Below, piece by piece: positions 1 to 12,150 of a stretch of DNA of 64,000 nucleotides. The notes beneath the pieces are model-generated. The model did not search any database and was not told where the DNA came from. It worked only from the letters and a program-made list of their open reading frames with translations. This DNA is from Octopus sinensis. Taxonomy: Eukaryota. The translations under genes and the position numbers were made by a program. Every line of letters starts with the position of its first letter. Position 1 is the stretch's first letter. The stretch spans positions 25,978,001 through 26,042,000 of the forward strand of contig NC_043007.1 in the NCBI RefSeq assembly GCF_006345805.1. The letters are read 5' to 3'.

Positions 1-65
1 GAACTGCACATATACACGTGTATATGTATGGATATATATCAATATCGCTATTCATCTTTTCTGTC

Positions 66-97
<32 letters not shown>

Positions 98-479
98 GAC
101 CCCGGGACTTATTCTTTGTAAGCCCAGTACTTATTCTATCGGTCTCTTTTTGCCGAACCGCTATGTAGTGGGGACATAAACACACTAGCATCGGTTGTCA
201 AGCAATGCTAGGGGACAAACACAGACACAAAAACACACACACACGCATATATATATATATATACATATATACGACGGACTTCTTTCAGTTTCCGTCTACC
301 AAATCCACTCACAAGGCTTTGGTCGACCCGAGGCTATAGTAGAAGACACTTGCCCAAGGTGCCACGCAGTGGGACTGAACCCGGAACCATGTGGTTGATA
401 GACAAGCTACTTACCACACAGCCAAAGGCGGTGCTCCAGCATGGCCGCAGTCAAATGACTGAAACAAGTAAAAGAGTAA
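98..479. mobile_element. tRNA-headed SINE (family B) with 5' inversion: 98-423 antisense, 424-479 sense 3' tail
   Basis: 98-423 is the reverse complement of the intact copy at 52550-52948, from its head to GTCCCGGGGTC. 424-479 is that copy's sense 3' end (AAAGGCGGTGCTCCAGC...AAAAGAGTAA). Flanked by (TAA)n. Confidence 0.85.
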
Positions 480-588
480 ATAATTAATAATAATAATATA
501 ATGTAATATATATTAGTCTCTACACTTGCATTGAGTTTTCAAAGCAATGAATGCTCTGATACATATAAAAAACGTTTATGTATGTATG

Positions 589-620
<32 letters not shown>

Positions 621-998
621 ATATATATATATCTTGCTCTATTTCTCATTTATAATACATATCCATCCACCCGCGTATGTACATTATTATTACTTCGTCA
701 AAGTTACAAATGTATTAATGCCTCGGTTGCACCAACATTTGTGGACCACATTTGTGAAAATTTTAATTTCCATTATACTGGCTGTGTCAATCGTTAAAGC
801 AGATTAAAAAAAAAATGTCCTGTAAATATTTAGTTACGTCCCTTTACATTGTGATTTCAGATTCAAGCAAATGGGTTGACGGATAGACTCACATTCGCCT
901 GGGTACGCTAAAATAAAACATCAGTGAAGTACTACCGTTTAAGAATTCGCCTATGATCTCCCCTCTCTAAATATGAAGCATTGTACTTATGTTGGAAA

Positions 999-1396
999 TC
1001 TTTATATATAAAAGTCAAGTTGTGTGTCTGTCTCCTACGATTTAGATTCCTAACTACTCCCACATTTTGCGGTGCAGTTTAACCAAAACCGGGTATCTTA
1101 TAGTCGTGATTCATATCGAGCCCTTCTGGGTATTAGCGCGCGTCTACGATGAGTCTACGATTTAAAAAAAAAATTTACCATTTTTTTTTCCATTTTAATG
1201 CATTTTTTCGCTATTATATAAGGGAAGTAACTCTCTAAAAATGTCTACGATGAGTCAACGATTAAAAAAAAAAATTTACCATAATTTTTTTTCCATTTTT
1301 AATACATTTTTTTGCTATTATTTGGCTATAACTCTCTAAAAATGCTTATATAGTTATTTCCCTTACAAATCCGAGCAACGCCGGGCGATACTGCTA
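999..1396 (+). mobile_element. Non-autonomous Helitron, copy 1 (internal ~100 bp duplication, terminal G missing)
   Basis: A|TC 5' end, subterminal GC hairpin CCGAGCAACGCCGG and CTGCTA end. Homologous to the copy at 49060-49362, which has the full CTAG|T end. Confidence 0.8.
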
Positions 1397-1933
1397 TAAT
1401 TTATAAAATCGGGTAAAACATCGAATACAAGGACTTGAAATATTTAGTTATGTCCCTTTACGGTCTGCTAAGATTGAGATTATTATTCATCATTTGTGGG
1501 TGCGATTTAAGCCAAACATTCTTTTGCCTCTATCCCATAAAACGTGTGACCCTTGTGCTAATATCAGAAACATGGCAAGTGCTTGTTTTATGCAAATTCT
1601 CCAGACAGGAAGACAGAAGGGTTTAAACGTATGTTGGAGAGTCACGTGATAATGTTTTGGCTATTCCAACAACCTGTCTGTCATGCACAAAAAAAAAAAC
1701 AAAAAACAATTATGAACAATGACAGATCGTATATAAAGCACGCTGAATGAAGGCTATTTGATATCTATATCTATGCATCTCTCTATCTATATATATATAC
1801 GCGTACAAATATACACGCATACAATATACACGCATGTGTGCATGTTTCTGCATGCCTGTTGGTATATTATGTATGTATATGTGTTGCGTGTATGTAAATA
1901 TATATGTATATGTGTGTGTATAAATACAGAGAC

Positions 1934-1967
<34 letters not shown>

Positions 1968-2331
1968 TGCTCTATTTCTCATTTATAATACATATCCATC
2001 CACCCGCGTATGTACATTATTATTACTTCGTCAAAGTTACAAATGTATTAATGCCTCGGTTGCACCAACATTTGTGGACCACATTTGTGAAAATTTTAAT
2101 TTCCATTATACTGGCTGTGTCAATCGTTAAAGCAGATTAAAAAAAAAATGTCCTGTAAATATTTAGTTACGTCCCTTTACATTGTGATTTCAGATTCAAG
2201 CAAATGGGTTGACGGATAGACTCACATTCGCCTGGGTACGCTAAAATAAAACATCAGTGAAGTACTACCGTTTAAGAATTCGCCTATGATCTCCCCTCTC
2301 TAAATATGAAGCATTGTACTTATGTTGGAAA

Positions 2332-2730
2332 TCTTTATATATAAAAGTCAAGTTGTGTGTCTGTCTCCTACGATTTAGATTCCTAACTACTCCCACATTT
2401 TGCGGTGCAGTTTAACCAAAACCGGGTATCTTATAGTCGTGATTCATATCGAGCCCTTCTGGGTATTAGCGCGCGTCTACGATGAGTCTACGATTTAAAA
2501 AAAAAATTTACCATTTTTTTTTCCATTTTAATGCATTTTTTCGCTATTATATAAGGGAAGTAACTCTCTAAAAATGTCTACGATGAGTCAACGATTTAAA
2601 AAAAAAAATTTACCATAATTTTTTTTCCATTTTTAATACATTTTTTTGCTATTATTTGGCTATAACTCTCTAAAAATGCTTATATAGTTATTTCCCTTAC
2701 AAATCCGAGCAACGCCGGGCGATACTGCTA
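2332..2730 (+). mobile_element. Non-autonomous Helitron, copy 2 (inside the tandem duplication)
   Basis: Near-identical to 999-1396. Confidence 0.8.
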
Positions 2731-4407
2731 TAATTTATAAAATCGGGTAAAACATCGAATACAAGGACTTGAAATATTTAGTTATGTCCCTTTACGGTCT
2801 GCTAAGATTGAGATTATTATTCATCATTTGTGGGTGCGATTTAAGCCAAACATTCTTTTGCCTCTATCCCATAAAACGTGTGACCCTTGTGCTAATATCA
2901 GAAACATGGCAAGTGCTTGTTTTATGCAAATTCTCCAGACAGGAAGACAGAAGGGTTTAAACGTATGTTGGAGAGTCACGTGATAATGTTTTGGCTGTTC
3001 CAACAACCTGTCTGTCATGCACAAAAAAAAAACAAAAAACAATTATGAACAATGACAGATCGTATATAAAGCACGCTGAATGAAGGCTATTTGATATCTA
3101 TATCTATGCATCTCTCTATCTATATATATATACGCGTACAAATATACACGCATACAAATATACACGCATGTGTGCATGTTTCTGCATGCCTGTTGGTATA
3201 TTATGTATGTATATGTGTTGCGTGTATGTAAATATATATGTATATGTGTGTGTATAAATACAGAGACGTATATATATATATATATATATATACAAATTTA
3301 TACATATACACATATATATATATATATATACATACATATATGCAAATGCACACACATACATACATATATACATATACGCATATGCACACACACATACATG
3401 CATACATTCATACATACATATACGCATACGCACACACATACATACATACATGAAACACCATAATTCAGCACTTAAAGTAAAGCATGGAAATGATTGGATA
3501 AAAATAACACAACAAACAACCCAAAATTCTATTATGTGTTATTGCTGAAATATTGAAATTCTTTAAAAACTAAAATATAGACAGAACCGATGCTAAAATA
3601 TATGATTGAATTTTGTTACGTAAAGTGTTAGAAAATATTTAAATTTTATATTGTTTTTGGTGGGAATCTATAATTTATTTAAGATGTACAAAAATATGTA
3701 AAAGTGATAAATTGATGCCAAAATTATATGACTGAAATTTGTTACGATAAAATAAAAGAAAGAAAATATGTAAAAATATCTTGTGTTTTTTATATTTTTA
3801 TTTCTTTATAGGAATTAAAGAGAAAGATCGATATCAAAAATATGCTTGGATTTTGTTAAGAAAAGCGTGTGCAGAAAAATATTTCATATTTTTAACATTA
3901 CTTTTGGAGGGAAAGTAAGGATGATATATTTTTTTTATTGATTTATTATTTATTTATTTATTTATTATTTTTTTTTTTTTGGTGGGGTTAATTAATTTAT
4001 TAATTATTAGCGAGAAGATCGTAAGTCCGCAGTGAATAGTGTAAGATCTTCTTCAACAGCGCATTACAACATGGCCAGCATGTGTTGAGTTTTACGTTGC
4101 CGGCTTGCCGAGCGAGAATATTTTTATTTTTTGAAAAAAAAAAAAAAAATTTCTAAGAGAGGTGAAGAAGAAGAAAAAAAAAAAAAACATATTTGTTTAA
4201 ACTTTAAGGAAAAAAAAAAAAAATCTAAGAAGAAATTACATATAGGCAAAAAAAAAAAAAATTTTTTTTTGGTTGTAAAAAAAATATCACAGAACCAATT
4301 AAGCAATAATTAAACAACAACATCCTTCGTCGTATTATTATTATTATTATTATTATTATTAAACCACATAACAACAACAACATAATAATATACAAATCAA
4401 CCAGTAA

Positions 4408-4438
<31 letters not shown>

Positions 4439-4603
4439 AATATATATATATATTTTGCTACTTTACCACGGGAACGGGACCTACTTAAAAGGTAAGAAGA
4501 TCTTATATCGATATTATAAACCTTGAAATCTTTGGCTTTGCAAAAACCTTTTCAAGACCAGATTAATTACAGAGTCGCAATTATAATATAAATGTAAAAA
4601 AAT

Positions 4604-4704
4604 ATATCCTAGAATTAATGTATTACAGCTTTGTTTAAATAAGACAGTTCGTGTGTGTGTGTGTGTATATATATATATATCCTAGAATTATATATATATC
4701 TATA

Positions 4705-4751
<47 letters not shown>

Positions 4752-4917
4752 TAGAATTATATATTTATATATATATATATATATCCTAGAATTATATATA
4801 TAGATATCCTAGAATTATATATATGCATATATATATATCCTAGAATATATATATGCATATATATATATCCTAGAATTATATATATGCATATATATATATC
4901 CTAGAATTATATTTAAT

Positions 4918-4949
<32 letters not shown>

Positions 4950-5050
4950 TCCTAGAATTATATATATATATATATATATCTATATATATGTGTATATATA
5001 TATATACCCTAGAATTATATATATATATATATATATATATCCTAGAATTA
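4604..5050. repeat. Minisatellite: CCTAGAATTA core embedded in variable (TA)n, about 11 copies
   Basis: CCTAGAAT recurs at about 4608, 4681, 4749, 4786, 4808, 4839, 4869, 4900, 4951, 5008 and 5041. Confidence 0.9.
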
Positions 5051-6187
5051 TTCAAACCAGAAATCGTTATGGATAATAATAATAATAATAATAAACTGTC
5101 TTTTTTTCTTAATTAAAATCATGTAAATATATAAATAAAGACAAAACAAAATAATTAACACAAACATCAGATCAAGCTTATTATTTCCCATATTTTACTA
5201 TAGTTTTTGACCATACGGTTGTGGCCATGCTGGAGCAACCGCCATGATGTTTGTGTTGATCTTGGCTGTTTATTGTCTGTCAAAGGTTTTTTTAAGCCAA
5301 AAATTTCGAACACGATTTCATTATTTGTTTTGTTAAATGTATAAAATAGATTGGAGATTGTAAAAGAAATACTTCAAATGTATATTTTTCAATCAATTAT
5401 CAGACCTAAAATGCTTTTTTTCCCCCCCTTGTTCTCCTTTGATTATTTGTTTACTCCCCATTATATCCTTCCCTGGTCAAGATGAAGCAGACGATGAATG
5501 GATTTAACGGTATTCCAACCATGACGACCACTTTTCCCCCCCAATTCGTTTCCTAGACGTATCCTACATTATCCAATATGTCTAATTGCTATATATTTTA
5601 TTCAAAAACTAGGATGTATTTTAAGAGATTCGACTGCTATTTTGAAGCAGATAAAGTGTTCGCAGAATGAATTTCCCCACCCTTATTTGGCTTATGTTGT
5701 TGATGATGATGATAATTATTGTTGATGTTTACTCCCAGATCAGCCTGATCCAGTAGAGCTATGATCAAAGGCAATCCAACCACGACTACCCCGTCTTTTT
5801 CCCTCAAACATGATAATATCTCAGACTAATCTTATCCAATATGTCTCGAACATTTAAAAAAAAAAACCTCCAAAAAATTCACACATCGGGGTGTGTGTGA
5901 ATTGAGGTTAAAAATTTCGGTACTATTTCTAGCAAGTCAAACGATGAGGTTCGATGTGTCTTCATTATTGAATTGTGTACGTTTTTGTTTTACGATTGGA
6001 AGCCAAATGTTGAATCCGTCTCTCTGCCAACACACAACATGACGGATGACCGGCTTCTTCTGGCGGACATTTTATTTAACCACCACAGGGATATAACATG
6101 TCTATCTATCCCTACATTCTATATTTGTATATATATATATATATTTTGCCCAGTCTTATATATATATATACACATGCGTGTGTTTGA

Positions 6188-6231
6188 ATATTTACCCTAA
6201 CCTATGTATATGTTCGTATCTACCTACCTAC

Positions 6232-6269
<38 letters not shown>

Positions 6270-6384
6270 GCTTTTGTGTATAATATATACGTATGTATGT
6301 ATATATATATACACGCACACATTTTTGTGTATAATATATATGTATATTTACCCTAGCCTATGTATATGTTCGTATCTACCTACC

Positions 6385-6432
<48 letters not shown>

Positions 6433-6510
6433 CACGCTTTTGTGTATAATATATACGTATGTATGTATATATATACACGCACACATTTTTGTGTATAATA
6501 TATATATATT
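6188..6510. repeat. Two-copy ~156 bp tandem duplication within microsatellite-rich DNA
   Basis: ATATTTACCCTA(A/G)CCTATGTATATGTTCGTATCTACC begins at 6188 and 6344. Confidence 0.85.
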
Positions 6511-7504
6511 TATGCATATTAATATCCTTTAATATATATCTTTCATTTGTCAGTCATTAGACTGTGGCCATGCTGGGGCACTCACATACGTGCATATATA
6601 TATATATATATCTATATACATATTAATATCCTTGAATATATATATATATATTTATATATATATGTATGTAGTGCATGTGTGTATGTATATGATTTCTATA
6701 GTTTTATGATGGTAATGATCATAATCATTTATTTGCCACAAGGACGGCAAATGGAGAGACATTACAAGGACAGATTACATGTCTCCATTTCATTTGTTAA
6801 TTATGTGGGGGTTTCCTCTTAACAACTTTTTCAAATAATTTTTTAATTATTATTTCTATAATGATGGTAATTGTCGATTTTTTTTTTTTTTATAAAGATA
6901 AACATACAAATCTCAAATCGACGGAGAAGAGGTATATATATATAGTAGTGATAATAATTGATTTTGAAATCAATCCTCGTCCATGTCTTGTCTGCTTTTA
7001 TATATTTTATCCTCCTCCTCTTCCCGGAAGAATATACTTCCCGCCTTGCTCAAACCTGCTTTTTCATCTACCCGGGGTAGCTGGTGGTAGTAGTAGGATC
7101 GTTGAAATCGAGTACCAAGTCAAGATATTGAGGTCGGGTTTTATTGAAATACACTTCCCCGCCTATAAGATATATGTGTGACCTTGTGCTTTTATCAGAT
7201 ATGATTATTTCCGGGGTCGATAAAATAAAATCGAGTACTTGAGGGTCCATATAATTGACTAACTACTTCCTGTAAATTTCGAGCTTTGTACCTCTTTTAG
7301 AAACTCTTAGCCTCGAACAAGATTACTTTACAATATTTCTTACGGTTCTTTACGTTCTTAGTTCAATCCCCACCAAAGTCAGCTTTGTCTTTTATATCTT
7401 TCCTGGATCGTTAGAATAAATAGCATACCAGTCTAGATTTGGAGACTATTCTCCTCCTCCAGAATTTCAAGGCCTTTGTGGTTATGTTAGAAACAGTAAA
7501 CCAA

Positions 7505-7721
7505 GGCAAGTGAACTGGCAGAATCGCGAATGTGTTGGAGAAAAATACCTTGCGGTATTTTTTGTGGCTCTTTCACGGTTCTGAGTTCAAATCCAGGCGA
7601 GGTCAACTTTCTCTCTCCTCCGGAATCGATAAAATAATACCAGCCAAACTACTGGGAGGGAGGGAACGATGGTGTCAAAGAAGCCCCTCCCTCTTTAAAT
7701 GCTGGCCTTGTGTCAAAATTT
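7505..7721 (+). mobile_element. tRNA-headed SINE (family A), degenerate
   Basis: CTGGCAGAATCG head, TTCTGAGTTCAAATCC B-box and GGCCTTGTGTCAAAATT tail. Confidence 0.65.
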
Positions 7722-7903
7722 AACTTCTGCCGACTCTTATTACGCTGTAAGTTCAAATGCCGCCGAGGTCAGCTATCCCTGTCATCCACTCGGGGGGTTG
7801 ATAAAATAATATACCGGTCAAGTTTTGGGATTCGATGTGGTTACCCCTGCGCCCCGCCTTAAAATTGCTGGCCCTGTGCCGAAATTTGAAACATTATTAT
7901 TAA

Positions 7904-8128
7904 GGCGGCAAAGCTGGCAGAATCGTTAGCACGCCGGAGAAAGTGCTTAGCGGCATTTCGTCCGTATTTACGTTCTGAGTTTTAAATTCTGCCCCCAGGT
8001 TGATTTTTGCCTTTCATCCTTTCGGTTCGGGGTCAGTAAAATAAGTACCAGTTGAGTATTAGGATCAATGTTAATCGACTGGGCCCCGCTCCCTCGAACT
8101 TGTTGGCTTTGTACGAAAATTTCGAAGC
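7904..8128 (+). mobile_element. tRNA-headed SINE (family A)
   Basis: GGCGG..AGCTGGCAGAATCGTTAGCACGCCGG head, B-box-like segment and CTTTCATCCTTTCGG core shared with 9221, 37657 and 62393. Confidence 0.85.
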
Positions 8129-8324
8129 CATTATTATTATTATTGCGCCAATGTTTTGAGTTCGAATTTTGTTGTGTGATCATTTCTTCCACTGGTCGAT
8201 AAAATAAAGTACCAAAGTACTGACGTTGGATTCAATACTCCCATAAAAAAAAGGCATTTATAGATTATTCAGTGTTGTGGTTTGGTTGAAAATACCTTGC
8301 ACTATTTATTTACGGTACTTGACG

Positions 8325-8469
8325 CCGAGGTCGACTTTGCCTTTCATCCTTTCGGGGTCGATAAATTAAGTACCAGTTACGCACTGGGGTCGATGTAATC
8401 GACTTAATACCTATGTCTGTCCTTGTTTGTCCCCTCTGTGTTTAGCCCCTTGTGGGTAATAAAGAAATA
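8325..8469 (+). mobile_element. 5'-truncated family-A SINE (AAAGAAATA-tailed subfamily) with 11-bp TSD
   Basis: GGTACTTGACG at 8314-8324 and 8470-8480 flanks the insert. Confidence 0.85.
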
Positions 8470-8789
8470 GGTACTTGACGTTCTGATTTCAAGTTCCGCC
8501 CCATAGCACCCTTGTCTTTCACCTTTCCATAATTCAATAAACTAAGTCAAGAAGCAACTGGAGGCATAATATAATCGACTGGCTTCCTGTTAAAGATTTG
8601 AGGCCATGTACCTATATCTTTGTAATTTCAATTAAGAAATCTGAGGGTGGTGGAGGTGGTGATGAAAATCAGCTTTTGTGTTACTTGTTGATGATCATTG
8701 AAATAATCTATGAAAATGTATCTTTATATGCGAATCTATGTTTTACTAGACTCTTAATTCGCAAAGTTTACGATGTAAATAATTTAATA

Positions 8790-9175
8790 AAAGGTTATAT
8801 ATATATATATATATGTATATATGTGTGTGTATATATAGTATATATATATAAATGTGTATATATATATATATGTATATATATATGTGTATATATATATGTA
8901 TGTATATATATATATATGTATATATGCATGTGTATGTATATATATATGTATATATGCATGTGTATATATATATATATATATGCATGCATGTGTGTATATA
9001 TGCATGTGTGTATATATATATGCATGTGTATATATATATATGTATATGCACATGTATATATATATATATATACGTATAGTTGCATGGGGGCAGGAATCTG
9101 TAGTTATGCTTATATATCTATATGCATATGCATGTATATATGGATATTTATATATATAAATATGTATATGTGTGC

Positions 9176-9190
<15 letters not shown>
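8790..9190. repeat. Compound (TA)n/(TG)n/ATGC microsatellite
   Basis: Direct inspection. It is the source of the spurious YI/CI-repeat ORFs. Confidence 0.95.
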
Positions 9191-9206
<16 letters not shown>

Positions 9207-9220
9207 TTCATTGTTATTAA

Positions 9221-9430
9221 GGTATCTGGGAGAATCGTTAGCATGCCGGGCGAAATGTTTAGCGGTATTTCGTCTGTCGCTACATTCTGAGTTCAAATTC
9301 CACCGAGGTCGACTTTGTTTTTCATTCTTTCGCAATCGATAAATTAAGTACCAGTTGAGCACTGGGTCCGATTGTAATCGACCAACCCCTCTCCCCCAAA
9401 TTTCAGATCTTGTGCCTATAGTAGAAAAGA
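9221..9430 (+). mobile_element. tRNA-headed SINE (family A)
   Basis: AGAATCGTTAGCATGCCGGGCGAAAT...TTCTGAGTTCAAATTCC...TTGTGCCTATAGTAGAAA. Confidence 0.85.
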
Positions 9431-10924
9431 AAACAAGTTTGATTTTCGGCCCCATGCAACTTTAAAGCTTCGTCGGCTTCTTACTGAACCCTAAACTCGT
9501 CGGGCTCAGGTTTTCTGTAAGAAGCGTACGAAACCTTTTTATTTACATGGGACCGAATCAACTATTTTAAATAATAATAATATATGTAATTCCTTGTAAA
9601 CTTGTTCAGTGCCTCTTTCCATTGCTCACTCACCCCCCTGTCTATATATGATTCTACCAAAATACCGTGTAAGTAGCTGTTTTCTTTGTTTTACTCTGTT
9701 CCTATAGCATCATCTATACATGTAATATCATGTCTAATATATATGTAATGTGTGTATTCGTATCCGTTAAAGCCCACACTCATAACATCACATCTATTTT
9801 TAACATCATATCCTTTCCATAAAATCTATATATATCATCATAGATATTTTCATTTTATACAATATATATACAACATCACATCTAACATCTACTCAGTCGT
9901 AAGTGGCTGGAGCACTCTACAGACACGTGGACCCACTTCTTAACGTAATTTCTAAGGTAGATTTCGCTTTGACACTTGTGTGTTAAGGCTCTACTTTTTG
10001 AATTGCTGCTTAATCCACCTGTTATTCATTCAAATCTCCGTCTACCCCGAATTGGATCGATTTAAAGGTATTGAAAATAACAGTTGCTCAAGATCCCACA
10101 TTGTGGGGTCAAACCCAAGACCCTGTGATTTTGCAAAGCGAAATTCTTAACCAGTCAGTTTGCAGGCTACACTGTGTGTGTAAGTTGTATTTATTTGTGT
10201 ACTGTTGTAAATAGATATAACCAAACGTTCTTGTCTCTGTTTCGAAATATTTGCGTAATTACGAAAAAAAAAAAATTCAAATTCGTGAATATGTAAAAAA
10301 AAAAAAATGTAATGGAAACTTTTCTTCAATGCCTTGTTGATTTTGTCATTTTATTTTCATTGCCGGATTAAGTTCTTGTAGATAAAGTGTCCATCTGTTG
10401 TTATCCCTGTTCAAATCCCGCCAAAATCATCTTAGCCCGTGATGTTTCCTTCGTAGACAGAGGAAATTCCTTTCAAGTATTTGAGAATCGATCGATTTAA
10501 ATCGATTGTATTCTCTCTAAATATGTAGTCTAACGCTACTGTCAGAAGCAGGGTTTGTAGATTGTTCAAAGAGCGCCGGTCAAAAAAAGCCTTGCAGTAT
10601 TCAGTTACGAACCCTGAAGTTACGAGTTCAAATCACAATGAAGTCAACAAATGATTTCTAGCATTGAACATGTTTCAACTTGTTTCCCGCCATGGTTCAA
10701 GTTTTTTTTTTTTAAATCCTCCCGAGGGTCGATAAAATATAATTGCAATTGAATTTTATTCGGCCTATTTCATTGATGATATCCTTCCCACTCTAAAACG
10801 ACCTCAATACATAACTGGTATTTTACAGCACCAGTTTGAGGTCAAAGTTGCTTTTTATCCGCCCCGGAATCGATGAAATAAAAACAAACAAACAAAACAA
10901 TCTCAGTTAAATATTGATTTCAAA

Positions 10925-11075
10925 TGGCACAAGACCTGCAAGGTCGGGGGTGGAGTGGGGGGCAAGTCCATTATATCGACCCCCTGAACGCAAAGTCGAT
11001 CTCGGAGGAATTTGAACTCAGAACGTAGCGGCATTTCTCCCGGAGTGCTTAACGATTCTGTCAGCTCGCCGCCTT
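10925..11075 (-). mobile_element. tRNA-headed SINE (family A), internally deleted
   Basis: The reverse complement reads GGCGGCGAGCTGACAGAATCGTTAAGCACTCCGG...TTCTGAGTTCAAATTCC. Confidence 0.75.
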
Positions 11076-11199
11076 GTAAACAATTAAATATTGATTGATA
11101 ATCAATTTTATCCAGTTCACGTCCTCATTCATTACAATTTCTGCTTTGTGTCAAATTAAGAAATTATTTTTCATACATAAACTATTTCGTCTTTTTGTT

Positions 11200-12150
11200 G
11201 TTGATGTTCCTCCACCCCATTTCTGATTGAGTATGATCAAAGTCATTCAGACTGTGTCCATAATTGTTTTCTCTTTCTTTAGACATAGAATATCCAAGAC
11301 TACACGTGTCCTTTTTTTTATGATGATAAGTAGTCATTAGAAGGGGAATTTGGCTGCTATTTCCAGCAGACCTATTGACTGAGCTAGCTTCCAAAGCAGC
11401 AGTAGTTGTAGTAGTTGAGATTACATTGTCCAAAATGTGTCAGTCTTCATTTGAAGTTGTTATTTGAATGAATTTGAATGATATTGGCTGCTGTTTCTAG
11501 CAGATATTGCAACCACATTCAGGTTCCACTGTGACAACCCTGTGGTAATAAGTAGATTTTGCAGACCGTTAGAAACATGATTGAATTTAGTCGTTTTTTT
11601 CTTCCGGAGCAGCACAAAAGCTGTTATCCTGAACTGTTGATGTCATGTTCACAGTAGCTTAATTCCTTTTAGTTGTTGTTGTTGATGATAATGCTAAGCT
11701 CCCAATTCATCCTGATCGAACAGGTTTATCATTCTATCATTCCAAGCGTGACCATTCTTTTTTATGGATTGATTTGAGGGGGAGATTTGGCTGCTATTTC
11801 TAATAAGGCCAAATAAGCACACTAAATTTTTGTCACCGGTTAGTATTAGTAGTTACTGTCTAGTCCACAGGTCAGCTCTGATCAAGCAGACACGTATGAA
11901 CGAAATTCCAGCCGTGACAATCCCGTTTATTTTCTTTGTTTTTTTTTTTCAGACATAGTGTTTATAAGACCACATTAATCCTTTTCTTTAAAAAAGGCCA
12001 GGTGTAACCAATCAGACCTATGAAAGGCGGTCTGGCCGTGACAGTCCTGTTTTGTTTTCCATTTTCATGCTTTGTGTGTTTAGGACTACATCCTTCTTTT
12101 TTATACTTAAAGAGGGTTTTGACTGCTATTTCTTTGTTGGCTCGTAGATT
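11200..12150. repeat. Cluster of fragments of an abundant dispersed repeat with GATTTGGCTGCTATTTCTAGCAG core
   Basis: Core seen at about 11347, 11483, 11785 and 12120. The same core recurs at many other sites in the window. Confidence 0.7.

Larger units (their letters stand above)
631..3291. repeat. Near-identical ~1.33 kb direct tandem duplication (about 631-1963 and 1964-3291)
   Basis: Landmarks recur at +1333/1334 (631/1964, 999/2332, 1921/3255). Identical ORFs at 1435/2769 in the track. Junctions lie in (TA)n. Confidence 0.95.

Noticed and set aside
8598-9455. Longest ORFs in the track (230 and 223 aa) and the many other YI/HT/CV-rich ORFs
   Set aside because: They are translations of (TA)n/(CA)n microsatellites and SINE bodies, which simply lack stops.
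10481-10515. Palindrome ATCGATTTAAATCGAT and (ATCG)n at 21200-21223
   Set aside because: Short and single; expected by chance or slippage, with no miRNA-like precursor recognised.
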